This document shows, piece after piece, positions 44,901-53,088 of a stretch of 64,000 nucleotides of DNA. Under the pieces are notes generated by a model. That model was given only the letters and a program-made list of their open reading frames with translations, made no database searches and was not told where the DNA came from. A program made the translations under genes and the position numbers. Source of the stretch: an uncultured Actinomycetes bacterium (GTDB lineage: Bacteria > Actinomycetota > Thermoleophilia > UBA2241); the NCBI GenBank assembly GCA_963709345.1, contig CAVPVX010000007.1, forward strand, positions 128,001 to 192,000, read 5' to 3'. How positions within the stretch are numbered: position 1 is the stretch's first letter; each line of letters starts with the position of its first letter.

Positions 44901-46158
44901 GCATCCGCTCGTCCCAGGACGGTCCGCCGCCGCTCACGCGGTAGAGCCCGCCGTCGCGTCCGACGAAGTCCCCGCGAGAGTACCCGTACGAGGTGAGGGC
45001 ATAGTCGTTCGCCTCGACGATACGACCGTCCGCCGACAGCAGCACCACGCTCTCCCGGGCCTCACGCATGATCGTCGCATAGCGAGTCTCGGCCAGGCGC
45101 CACTCCTTCTCCGCCGCGACCAGCGCCCGCAGCGAAGCGGCCTCGCGCCCACGCCAGTACGCGAGCAGGACAAGGCCGGCGATGACGACGGTGCTCGCCA
45201 CCAAGACGGCGGTCGTAAGGGCCTGGTCGCGCACCGGCCTCTCTATCGCCGCCAGATCCTGCTTCACGACGAGATACCACGGCGTACCCGGCACGGGGCC
45301 GACGGAGGCCAGAACCGGTGTGCCCCGGTAGTCGAGACCCTTGTGCACGCCGGTCGCGCCGCGAACGACCTTGACACCGACCAGGCCCGTCTCGCTCAGC
45401 GGAACTGCGAAGCTCATGGGGCCGCCCGGCCGCAGGCGCAGCTCGTTCACGTAGACCGCGCGTCCGTCACGCTCGCTGAGCAGGATGCTCTCGCCCGACG
45501 CGCTCGCCAGCGGCCACGTCTCGACCAGGGGAAGGAGAACCTCAAGAGGATCCATCGTCTGGATCAGGACGCCCATCGCGGGCGAGCCCTCACTCCCAGC
45601 GCCAGAGATCGGCGCCGCGAGGCTCAAGGCGAGAGGACCGTGCGCCGTTCGGTACACATCCGCGAAGACGGTCTTCCCGCTGCGAAGAGCGCGAGCGGCG
45701 AGCGCCAGGGCCGTCTCATCCGGCCGACTCGTCCGCAGCGGCGCGGCGGCCACGACCTCGAGCCTCGTGTCGACCACGGCGAGCGACCGGACGTCGTTGC
45801 TGCGCCGGAACACCGCCAGCAGATCGGTGACCGCCCTGGGAGGAGAGTCGTCGGCGTCCGCGCCGACCTGCCGCCGTAGAAGCCGGCCGAGCGCCGCGTC
45901 GGAGCCGAGCAGGCGGGCATCGTCCTCCTGATCGGCGAACCAGCGGCTGATCTGTTCGCTCTGCAGCAGCCGCACGCCGGTGAGGGCCTCGGCGGCCTCG
46001 CGGCGAAGATCGCGCGCCTGGCGGTCATGGATGGACCACCCGGCGAACGACACCGCCGCGGCCACGACCAACACGACGAGCCCCGGCACGAGCAGCGCGC
46101 GACCGGGCCCGGGCCGCGACCCTCTCTCCTGCGCGCCCACTGCAGAGCGGGGCGTCAC
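41923..46158 (-). CDS. Membrane sensor histidine kinase (Cache-like, multiple PAS, GAF, HisKA, HATPase)
   Basis: Two TM helices, about five PAS repeats and a GAF; H-box FSYSVSHDLRAPLR, NLLSNAWKFT, DDGAGFD, FQRLH and GTGIGLA. Start is 46158 or 46191. Confidence 0.92.
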   Translation of the reverse strand: MTPRSAVGAQERGSRPGPGRALLVPGLVVLVVAAAVSFAGWSIHDRQARDLRREAAEALTGVRLLQSEQISRWFADQEDDARLLGSDAALGRLLRRQVGADADDSPPRAVTDLLAVFRRSNDVRSLAVVDTRLEVVAAAPLRTSRPDETALALAARALRSGKTVFADVYRTAHGPLALSLAAPISGAGSEGSPAMGVLIQTMDPLEVLLPLVETWPLASASGESILLSERDGRAVYVNELRLRPGGPMSFAVPLSETGLVGVKVVRGATGVHKGLDYRGTPVLASVGPVPGTPWYLVVKQDLAAIERPVRDQALTTAVLVASTVVIAGLVLLAYWRGREAASLRALVAAEKEWRLAETRYATIMREARESVVLLSADGRIVEANDYALTSYGYSRGDFVGRDGGLYRVSGGGPSWDERMQRLEADGGHLSFESVHRRSDGVEFPVEVSLSAASIEGELHCLEIARDIGERKAADAALRDSEARYRTLFEDSLSGFALHEIVLDEEGRPFDFVYLAANPAFEAQTGLAPADVLGRPASDVIPGLRETGLIERYGRVALTGEPERIEVFIPSLDRHFDIQAVSPRPGQFATLFIDISQRREAEEIIAGFFSSSPIGLFVVDRNLRYVHVNATLAELNGVAAEEHIGECVADVVPRLAAQVEPLLNHVVDTGEMLRDIEMGGPAAGPGGTPKHARVDLFPITDPDGLVRFVGGVVVDVTEAKEARRELDESRRFLERVLKVTPELIYIHDIVAQRNVFSNLAMAAVLGYSPAEILEMGSDVLPRILHPDDREVMAAHHQTARSLRDGDVLEVEYRMRRADGEWRVLRGRDSVFARNEDGAVTQLIGTAQDVTHQRRAEAALKETSQRLEATVMAAPIAVAAVDLHQVVTLWNPAAAGIFGWSAGEAVGRQAPFIPEDAAGQARRLMDRVIAGEQLAGVDLPCVRKDGSRLSTSSSIAALRGAGGEIEGVLLLVEDVSERRANALRLARLTHLYQVLSSVAEMIPRVRDPQRLFEELCRAVVEPGGFVMAWVGAADDEGMVRLLASAGADEGFAEAHRLDEGRPLTTLATIAVALVEGKTDTCPDVFADARLSEFAADAELRGFRACAAMPIGAGRRPQAALVIYSREAGAFDSEEVSLLERLAADVAFALEAAAREDARRHAERELAVLNVGLERRVVERTAELEAANAELEAFSYSVSHDLRAPLRALDGFSLALAEDCGSKLDGEALDFLRRIRAASQRMARLIDDLLMLSRVTRRELARETVDVSALAFRIFAELRAAEPDRDVEIAVEEGLSAEGDAHLLQIVFENLLSNAWKFTSRGAGGRVEVGSMKGDDGLVFFVEDDGAGFDGAYSDTMFAPFQRLHGAHEFPGTGIGLATVQRIVRRHGGRVWAEGETGRGATVYFTLGPGGEGG

Positions 46159-46231
46159 GCCGCTGCCTTCCGCTCGCCGCTCCCCGCCCATACGCTCCCC
46201 CGGCCCCTCAGCGTCCCCGCCAAGGGTCGCT

Positions 46232-47029
46232 TCAGGGACGGCGCTTCACTAGCAGCACGTGCGTGCCCAGCGGACCGCACGTGTACTGCACCGCATCCGT
46301 CAGCGCCCTCATGAAGTGGATGCCTCGTCCCGTGGTCTCCGAAGTCGCCGGGGCACAGATCGGCGACGCGGCGATCCCGTCGCCGCTGTCCACGACCTCG
46401 ACGGCCACCTCGTCCTCGTAGCAGAAGAACCGCACGCGCACGTCGTCGTCGGCGCCATGGGGAGATCCGTGGACGACGGCGTTCGCGAGAGCCTCGGCGA
46501 CGGCCACGGAGAGCTCGAACAACGCCGACCCGCTCAGGCCGGCGACCTCGGCGTAGGCCGCGACCCTCCGTCGCGCGGCGCGCAGCTGCCAAGGGGTCGC
46601 GGGAAAGACGAACTCGTGCTCCCACCGCGGCTTGTCGGCGCCACGCAGGTCGCCGTCCCCGCCGGCGCCCGCCGGCCCCGGCACCGGCGGCACGGAGCGC
46701 ATCAGGCCTGCGCCGGCCAGAGCCTCGCGAGCCTCCGGCTCCTCGACCGCGACGACGAGTTCGCCGCCCTCTCCGGCGAACGCCGTCGCCGCCGCGCTGA
46801 GCGCCGCGAGGCTGTCCGTGTCGAGCGGCTCGTACGGGTCGAGATCGAGGATGACCGCGGTGGCGCCGGCGCTCACGCAACGACTCAGCTCTCCGGGGAG
46901 CTCTCCGGCGAGCTGTTCCCCGTCGACACCCCCGCAGTGGATCACGCAGACCTCGCCGCGGAGCTCGCTACTGACCCGGTTCGTCACTTCGCCCCAGCGC
47001 CTCGAATCAGCCGGCAGATCACTCGGCAT
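46232..47029 (-). CDS. STAS (anti-anti-sigma-like) domain fused to an RsbW-type Ser/Thr kinase domain
   Basis: N-terminal VILDL...LDTDSLAAL...GGELVV...L..AGL; C-terminal VAVAEALANAVVHG, VVDSGDG and GRGIHFMRALTD. Confidence 0.8.
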   Translation of the reverse strand: MPSDLPADSRRWGEVTNRVSSELRGEVCVIHCGGVDGEQLAGELPGELSRCVSAGATAVILDLDPYEPLDTDSLAALSAAATAFAGEGGELVVAVEEPEAREALAGAGLMRSVPPVPGPAGAGGDGDLRGADKPRWEHEFVFPATPWQLRAARRRVAAYAEVAGLSGSALFELSVAVAEALANAVVHGSPHGADDDVRVRFFCYEDEVAVEVVDSGDGIAASPICAPATSETTGRGIHFMRALTDAVQYTCGPLGTHVLLVKRRP

Positions 47030-47306
47030 CGCTCTCGTAACCCGGCGCCGGCTCGAAACGACACTCCTCCTGGCCGGGCCACCCGCCGAAGGGATACGTG
47101 CAGTGCATCCTGTGCAGCTGTTCGCCGACATCGTCGAAGCGAGCATGGATGCGCTCGACGAGCGACTGACTCATGGAGAACGAGTGAACCCCTTCGTAGA
47201 AGACCTGGCGCAGCCCATCCATGCGCAGCTCGAGCTCGTCGAACTCGGCACGCCACTCTTCCACCTCACCCGGCTCGGCGTGGCGAAGGTTACGGCTCTC
47301 GCTCAT
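47019..47306 (-). CDS. Hypothetical 95-aa acidic helical protein
   Basis: GGAGG RBS 4 nt before the ATG, coding-like composition, and an 11-nt overlap with the next gene. Confidence 0.65.
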   Translation of the reverse strand: MSESRNLRHAEPGEVEEWRAEFDELELRMDGLRQVFYEGVHSFSMSQSLVERIHARFDDVGEQLHRMHCTYPFGGWPGQEECRFEPAPGYESDAE

Positions 47307-47353
47307 CGCGCCTCCGTGGTTGCTGCCGTACGGTCACATGACTCTACACGCTG

Positions 47354-47380
47354 ATACCCATGACGCACGACTGGTATAAC
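47354..47380 (-). promoter_or_regulatory. Putative SigB/SigF-type promoter
   Basis: Minus strand reads GTTAT-N16-GGGTAT upstream of the operon that contains the anti-sigma kinase fusion. Confidence 0.55.
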
Positions 47381-47471
47381 ACCACATCGCGCCGCGACGC
47401 TTCTCCGCAACGCTACACTGTGCGGGGCGGCCGGCATCCGCTCGGCCGCCCCGACCGAGAGGGAGACGAAC

Positions 47472-47903
47472 ATGGGTACACGCGAGTACCAGCGAGGCCG
47501 CCGCGTCGTCGCACGCCTGAGCCACGGCGGCGACCTGCTCGAGCAGCTCGCGACGATCGCCGACGAGTACGGCATCGCGGCCGCCGAGCTCCGCGGCATC
47601 GGCGCGCTCCAGACCGCGCGGCTGGCCTACTACGATCAGACCGCACTCGAGTATGGCGAGTTCGCCGTCGACCGGCCGGTCGAGCTCGTCGGACTGCTCG
47701 GTAACGTGTCGCGTCGCGACGGCGCGACCGCGGTACACGCGCACGCGACGCTCGCGGACCGCCACGGGGACTGCGTCGGCGGCCATGTGGCTCCGGGATG
47801 CGTGGTGTTCGCGGGTGAAGTCGTCTTCCAGGAACTCATCGGAGAGCCGCTGGAGCGTCACCACGACGAGACGACGGGTCTGCCGCTGTGGCGCGGGCTG
47901 TGA
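47472..47903 (+). CDS. PPC domain (DUF296) protein
   Basis: RLSHGGDLL, GIGAL, ELVGLLGNVS, HAHATLAD, VGGHV. GAGGGAG RBS. Confidence 0.9.
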   Translation: MGTREYQRGRRVVARLSHGGDLLEQLATIADEYGIAAAELRGIGALQTARLAYYDQTALEYGEFAVDRPVELVGLLGNVSRRDGATAVHAHATLADRHGDCVGGHVAPGCVVFAGEVVFQELIGEPLERHHDETTGLPLWRGL

Positions 47904-47965
47904 AGGAGCTCGACACAAACGCTTGGCGGCGATGGATCGCCGGACGTCGCGGGTGATGAAAGAAG

Positions 47966-48054
47966 TGGTGTCGGAAGGGGGACTTGAACCCCCATGAGGT
48001 TATACCCTCACTAGGCCCTCAACCTAGCGCGTCTACCAATTCCGCCATTCCGAC
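47966..48054 (-). tRNA. tRNA-Leu (anticodon GAG), CCA encoded
   Basis: Acceptor GTCGGAA/TTCCGAC-ACCA, D arm GGCGGAATTGGTAGACGC, anticodon arm CTAGG-TTGAGGG-CCTAG, long variable arm, T arm GGGGG-TTCAAGT-CCCCC. Confidence 0.97.
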
Positions 48055-48068
48055 ACTGAGGGAAGGCG

Positions 48069-48098
48069 AGTATAGGCGGTCTCGCCCCGGGTGGTCAA
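48069..48098 (-). promoter_or_regulatory. Housekeeping-sigma promoter of tRNA-Leu
   Basis: TTGACC-N18-TATACT. Confidence 0.7.
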
Positions 48099-48310
48099 CG
48101 CGGCCGGCCGCCACCGGCATGACGATGGGCGGGTCGTCGCGCCGCATGACCCGCCCACCGGCGGCGCCCCCTTCAGTGCCTCGTATCGGCGAGGCTGTGG
48201 TCTGCAGAGACCGTGGCGCCGACTGTGACTCCTGCGGCGGAGTATAGGCCCGCGTATCACGTGGTACAACGTTGCAGACGCGATTGACCGAAGACGATCG
48301 GGAGACAGAG

Positions 48311-49249
48311 ATGGATGCGCGGATCCTCGTCGGCAGTTGTTCGTGGACGGACCCGACGCTCATCGGCAGCGGCCGCTTCTACCCATCGGGCGTGACGAGC
48401 GCGGAATCCCGTCTGCGCTACTACGCCGACCAGTTCCCGATCGTCGAGGTGGATTCCACGTACTACGCGCTGCCGTCGGCGCGCAACAGCGCGCTCTGGG
48501 CGGCGCGCACCCCCGGCGGCTTCGTGTTCGACGTCAAGGCCTTCGGCCTGCTGACCGGACACCCGGTCCGCGTGGACAGGCTGCCGGCGTGGCTGCGAGA
48601 CGCCCTCCCCGCTCCGGCACGCTCCAAGAAGAACGCCTACGTCAAGGACTTCGCCACCGCCGACGTGGAGCGCGTGTGGCAGGCGCACAGGGACGCGCTG
48701 CGGCCGCTCTCCGAAGCCGGGAAGCTGGGGGTGGTGCTGTTCCAGTTCCCCCCCTGGTTCACGCGCTCACCGGAGCACGCCGACTACATGCGGGCTCTGC
48801 CCGAGCGCCTCCCCGGATACCGCGTCGCGGTCGAGTTCCGCGGCGGCGGCTGGTTCACCGACCCCACTGCGGCCGCTGCGACATTGAAGCTGCTCGAGGA
48901 GGGGGGCATGACTCACGTGTGCGTCGACGAGCCGCAGGGCTTCCGCTCGAGCACGCCGCCGGTCGTGGCCACCACCGCGGCGGTCGCCGTCGTGAGGCTG
49001 CACGGCCGTAACGCCGAGACGTGGGAAGCGCGCACGCGCGCAGCATCCGACCGCTTCAAGTACCTCTACTCCGACGAGGAACTCGAAGGGTGGGTCTCGC
49101 CGATTCAGGAACTGGCGCGGAGCGCGGCGGCTGTCCACGTCCTCTTCAACAACAACTACGAAGACTGGGGAATGCGCAACGCGCGACGCATGGCGCAGCT
49201 GCTGGGCACGACGAACGATCCGCCGCAGACCCGCCTCGACCTCAGGTGA
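48311..49249 (+). CDS. DUF72 family protein
   Basis: VGSCSW, VEVDSTYYALP, FDVKA, LFQFPPWF, AVEFR, VDEP, RLHGRN, YLYSDEEL, FNNN. Confidence 0.92.
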   Translation: MDARILVGSCSWTDPTLIGSGRFYPSGVTSAESRLRYYADQFPIVEVDSTYYALPSARNSALWAARTPGGFVFDVKAFGLLTGHPVRVDRLPAWLRDALPAPARSKKNAYVKDFATADVERVWQAHRDALRPLSEAGKLGVVLFQFPPWFTRSPEHADYMRALPERLPGYRVAVEFRGGGWFTDPTAAAATLKLLEEGGMTHVCVDEPQGFRSSTPPVVATTAAVAVVRLHGRNAETWEARTRAASDRFKYLYSDEELEGWVSPIQELARSAAAVHVLFNNNYEDWGMRNARRMAQLLGTTNDPPQTRLDLR

Positions 49250-50243
49250 AGGTGAACCCGGACGAGAACGCCGCCACGCACGCGTCGGTCGCGTCGGCGT
49301 CGTACAGGATGCCGCGGTGCCCGACGACCTCGGCGAGCGCCTGGTCGAGCCCGAGCGCGGGCCGGTACGGGCGATGCGACGACATCGCCTCCACGACGTC
49401 CGCGACGGCGAGGATCCTCGCCTCGAGCATGATCTCATCGCCGGCACGCCCGTCCGGGTAGCCGGACCCGTCGAGGCGCTCGTGATGCTGCAGCACGACG
49501 TCGGCCACCGGCCAGGGGAACTCGATCCCCGCCAGGATCTCGCAGCCCGTCCTCGGGTGAACGCGGATCAGCTCGAATTCCGCCGCAGTCAGACGACCGG
49601 GCTTGCTGAGGATCTCGGTGGGCACGGCCGTCTTCCCGAGATCGTGGAGCGTCCCGGCGGCGTCGACAAGACGCCGGCGTTCGCCGTTCACGCCCATCGC
49701 CTCGCTCATCGCCGCGGCGAGCTCCGCCACCCTGCGCTGATGCCCGGCGGTGTAAGGGTCGCGGGTCTCGGTCAAGTAGGCGAGCGTCTGGATCGCGCCC
49801 TGCACGGTGCGCGCCAGAAGATCGACCGTGCTGTTCAACGTCTCGTCGGCCAGCCGCGCCCGACGACGTATGCCGGCATCGCGCAGTTCGCGTTCCAGCG
49901 CGGGGACGAAGCGTGAAAGGTTGTCCTTCAGGATGAAGTCCTGCGCCCCAGCCTTCATCGCCGCGACGGCTACCTCTTCACCCACGGACCCCGAGACGAG
50001 AAGCACCGGGACGTCCGGGTCGGCCTCGCGGACGAGCGCCAGAGCCTCCATCCCGCTGAAGCCGGGAAGGTTGTGGTCGACGACGACGGCGTCCCAGGAG
50101 AGCAAGAGTGCCTGCTCCAGTTGAGTCCGCGTGGCGATGACGTCGGTCGAAGTCTTGTAGCCGCCCTTGCTCAACGCCCGCAACAGCAGCGCGGCGTCGT
50201 CGCTGGAATCGTCAACCACGAGCACCCGCAACTCGCTCATCAC
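49242..50243 (-). CDS. REC-HD-GYP response regulator phosphodiesterase
   Basis: VLVVDDS, VVDHNLPG, GAQDFILKD; RDPYTAGH, HDLGK, HHERLDGSGYP, MSSHRPYR. Confidence 0.92.
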   Translation of the reverse strand: MMSELRVLVVDDSSDDAALLLRALSKGGYKTSTDVIATRTQLEQALLLSWDAVVVDHNLPGFSGMEALALVREADPDVPVLLVSGSVGEEVAVAAMKAGAQDFILKDNLSRFVPALERELRDAGIRRRARLADETLNSTVDLLARTVQGAIQTLAYLTETRDPYTAGHQRRVAELAAAMSEAMGVNGERRRLVDAAGTLHDLGKTAVPTEILSKPGRLTAAEFELIRVHPRTGCEILAGIEFPWPVADVVLQHHERLDGSGYPDGRAGDEIMLEARILAVADVVEAMSSHRPYRPALGLDQALAEVVGHRGILYDADATDACVAAFSSGFTFT

Positions 50244-50385
50244 GCCCCCTCAACCTACGCTGTTGCCCACCCCCTCCCGCGAGCACAACCTCCGTACGTT
50301 GCCCCGCAGCCGACCGGCTGAAACGGAAGGAGCCGAACGGGCCGCGGCGGGTCGCCATGCCGGTGACCTACGCCGGCCGCCGCCG

Positions 50386-51573
50386 TCACCTCGGCGCGGC
50401 CAGCGACTCGCGCATCTGCGCATCGATGGTCACGCCCCAACGCGAGAACTCGCTGAAGAACGCCTCGCACGGCACGATCTGCTCGGGCACGAAGACGCCG
50501 GGGCCGGCGATATCGCCGCGCGCCATCATGCGCGCCACGATCGCCGGCGGGATGCCGGTGTCGACGTCACCGCCGCCGGCGCCGTACTCCTTGTACGCCG
50601 GCACCGTGGCGCGCACGCGCCACTCAACCCGGCGCCCATCCTTGAGACCACGCACTACGCCTATCAGGTAGTCGACGTCGTCCAGCACCACATCGGTCGG
50701 CCGCGGTATCTCGCCGACGACCTTGAGCAGGACGTCTCGCGGCCGCACGTGCATGCCGTTGACGTCCACCTCGTCGGTGCGCGTCATGCCGATGGTCTCC
50801 AGAAAGCGCATCTGGCCGGTGAACTCGGCGGGCAGCGACAGCTTGAAGGTCGCCGACTTCAGCCCCTGATCCTTCCAGGTGTGCCAGAAGGTGAACGGCT
50901 CCGAGCGGATCGCATAGTGCGCCTCGAGGCCGCCGGCCGGCTCTCCGAAGTCGATGCGCTCGACGCCCTCCCCGCCGGTGATGTCCAGGACCCAGTGGCC
51001 GTCGATGAACTCTGGAGCGACGACGCTGAACTCGTCGCAGAGAGTCTCCAGGGAGTACGGGACCACCCAGCCGTCGTACCCGCTCCAGTCGGTGTCGTCC
51101 ACGGTCGCGCACAGGGCGTGAGCCTCTTCGACGACGTCGAGCCGCTCGGCGCCGTACCGGGCGAGGATGTTGGTGACGCCGGGCGCACCGCCCATGGCGA
51201 TGACCGCGGTGACGCCGGCCTTCACAAACTCCTCGTTGAGCTCGACCTGCTGCTTGGTCACGTGGAACAGGCCGCCCATGTCGGTGTAGTGCACGCCGGC
51301 CGCGGCGGCGGCGTGCATCACGTTGATGTTCCAGAAGTGCTGGGTGGCGTTGATCATCGCGTCACAGCCGGCGACGGCTCGCTTGACGCTCTCCCGGTCC
51401 CGGGCGTCGACGAAGCAGGATGTGGCCTTGCCGCCACCGAACGCCGCGGCCACGTCGACGGCCTGCGCCTCGTCGTAGTCACCGACGACGATCGCCCCGA
51501 CCTCCGTGCTGACGCTCAGCTCCTTGACGGCCCAGCGCCCCATGGCGCCGGCGCCGACGACGGCGATCTTCAT
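50386..51573 (-). CDS. Saccharopine dehydrogenase family oxidoreductase (lysine 6-dehydrogenase or carboxynorspermidine dehydrogenase-like)
   Basis: GAGAMG Rossmann motif, GVHYTDMGG, MGGAPGVTNILARY, TGIPPAI, GPGVFVPE. AGGAGG RBS. Confidence 0.85.
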   Translation of the reverse strand: MKIAVVGAGAMGRWAVKELSVSTEVGAIVVGDYDEAQAVDVAAAFGGGKATSCFVDARDRESVKRAVAGCDAMINATQHFWNINVMHAAAAAGVHYTDMGGLFHVTKQQVELNEEFVKAGVTAVIAMGGAPGVTNILARYGAERLDVVEEAHALCATVDDTDWSGYDGWVVPYSLETLCDEFSVVAPEFIDGHWVLDITGGEGVERIDFGEPAGGLEAHYAIRSEPFTFWHTWKDQGLKSATFKLSLPAEFTGQMRFLETIGMTRTDEVDVNGMHVRPRDVLLKVVGEIPRPTDVVLDDVDYLIGVVRGLKDGRRVEWRVRATVPAYKEYGAGGGDVDTGIPPAIVARMMARGDIAGPGVFVPEQIVPCEAFFSEFSRWGVTIDAQMRESLAAPR

Positions 51574-51701
51574 ACCCTTGCCTCCTGTGTGAGCGGACGT
51601 GAGCCTCCCCGTCGCCGAGCCTACGAGGTTCGCCTGCGGAAGTACAGGCGGCTATCATGGACCGAGAGCGTCTTCTCACTCGCGACACAAGGACGGTGCA
51701 G

Positions 51702-53066
51702 GTGGTCACGTACGGCCTCGACGAGCAGGACTGGCGCGCCCTGCGCGATGAGGTGGTCGAGCTGTTCACGTCCCTGCTGCGGGTCGACACCACCAACCCT
51801 CCCGGCAACGAGACCGCCTGTGCGCTGGTCATCCGCGATTACCTGGCGGCCAACGGCATCGACAGCACCTTCGTCGGGGAGACACCCGAGCGCCAGAACC
51901 TCGTGGCGCGCCTCGAAGGGTCCCGTCCCGGCCCAACGCTCACGCTGATGGGCCACATGGACGTCGTGCCCGCCGACACCGCCGAATGGAGCGTACCGCC
52001 CTTCGCCGGCGTCGTGAAGGACGGGTACGTCTGGGGCTGTGGCGCCACGGACATGAAGAACCAGGTGGCCGCCGAGGCCGTGGCGCTGGCGCGCCTCCAC
52101 CGCAACGGCGCCGGCTTTGCCGGCGCCGTCAAGTACGCCGCGACGGTGGACGAAGAGGACGGCGACCACTGCGGGGTCCGCTGGCTCTGCGAGAACCACC
52201 CCGACACGCTGCGCTGCGACTACCTGCTGAACGAAGGTATGGGCGGTCTCTGGCTGCCCGTGGACGGCCGGCGCGTCTTCCTCCTCGCCACCGGCGAGAA
52301 GGCCTTCGCCCAGTTCGTCGTCCGCACCCGCGGCCGCGGAGGCCACGCCTCGGTCCCTGAGAAGGAGCGAAGCGCCGTCATCGACCTCGCCCGTGCCGTC
52401 GCCGCTCTGGGTCTGGCCGACCCGCCGGCGATCGTCTCGGAGACGACGGCGCACTTCATCGATGCGCTGGTCACCGACGACGACCTCCGCGGGCGCCTCA
52501 AGGATCCGCGCACCGCGCGCGGGGCCGGCGCGGAACTGCGCCGGCTCGATCCCGTCGTCGCCGGGCTGGTGGAGCCCCTCTTCGGCGCTACCTTCACGCC
52601 CACGATCCTCGAGGCCGGCAAAGCGGTGAACGTCATCCCGACGCACGCCGAGGCCAAGGTCGACTGCCGCATCCTGCCCGAGATGACGCTCGACGGCACC
52701 AAGGCGCTCGTCGAGAGCATCCTCGACCCACTGGGCATCGACTGGGAGTTCGAGTGGTACGACGTGACGACTCCCAACGCGTCGCCGGCGCCCACGGCCC
52801 TCAGCGAGAGCATCGAGCGCGTACTGTGCCGCGACGTGCCGGACGCCGCGCTCGCTCCCATGTGCGCCGGCAGCTTCACCGACTCGCGCTGGGTCCGTGA
52901 AGCGTTCCCGGACTGCGTGGCCTACGGGTTCGCTCCCTTCGTCGCCGAGAGTTTCCACGCCATGGACGGAGGGCGCGACCACGAGCCCGACGAGCGGATC
53001 CTCGTCGACGATGTGACGTACCAGGCTCTCTTCTTCGAGCGCCTCGCGCTGGACCTGCTCGCGTGA
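51702..53066 (+). CDS. M20 family metallopeptidase/deacylase (ArgE/DapE-like)
   Basis: TTNPPGNE, GHMDVVPA, GATDMK, DEEDG, GGHAS, NVIP, FTDSR, HEPDERI. Start is 51702 or 51657. Confidence 0.9.
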   Translation: MVTYGLDEQDWRALRDEVVELFTSLLRVDTTNPPGNETACALVIRDYLAANGIDSTFVGETPERQNLVARLEGSRPGPTLTLMGHMDVVPADTAEWSVPPFAGVVKDGYVWGCGATDMKNQVAAEAVALARLHRNGAGFAGAVKYAATVDEEDGDHCGVRWLCENHPDTLRCDYLLNEGMGGLWLPVDGRRVFLLATGEKAFAQFVVRTRGRGGHASVPEKERSAVIDLARAVAALGLADPPAIVSETTAHFIDALVTDDDLRGRLKDPRTARGAGAELRRLDPVVAGLVEPLFGATFTPTILEAGKAVNVIPTHAEAKVDCRILPEMTLDGTKALVESILDPLGIDWEFEWYDVTTPNASPAPTALSESIERVLCRDVPDAALAPMCAGSFTDSRWVREAFPDCVAYGFAPFVAESFHAMDGGRDHEPDERILVDDVTYQALFFERLALDLLA

Positions 53067-53088
53067 CGCGCGTGGAGGACGTCCTCGC

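Noticed and set aside
41306-47966. Genomic island integrated at the tRNA-Leu 3' end
   Set aside because: No integrase, no duplicated tRNA 3' end seen, and no obvious compositional shift.
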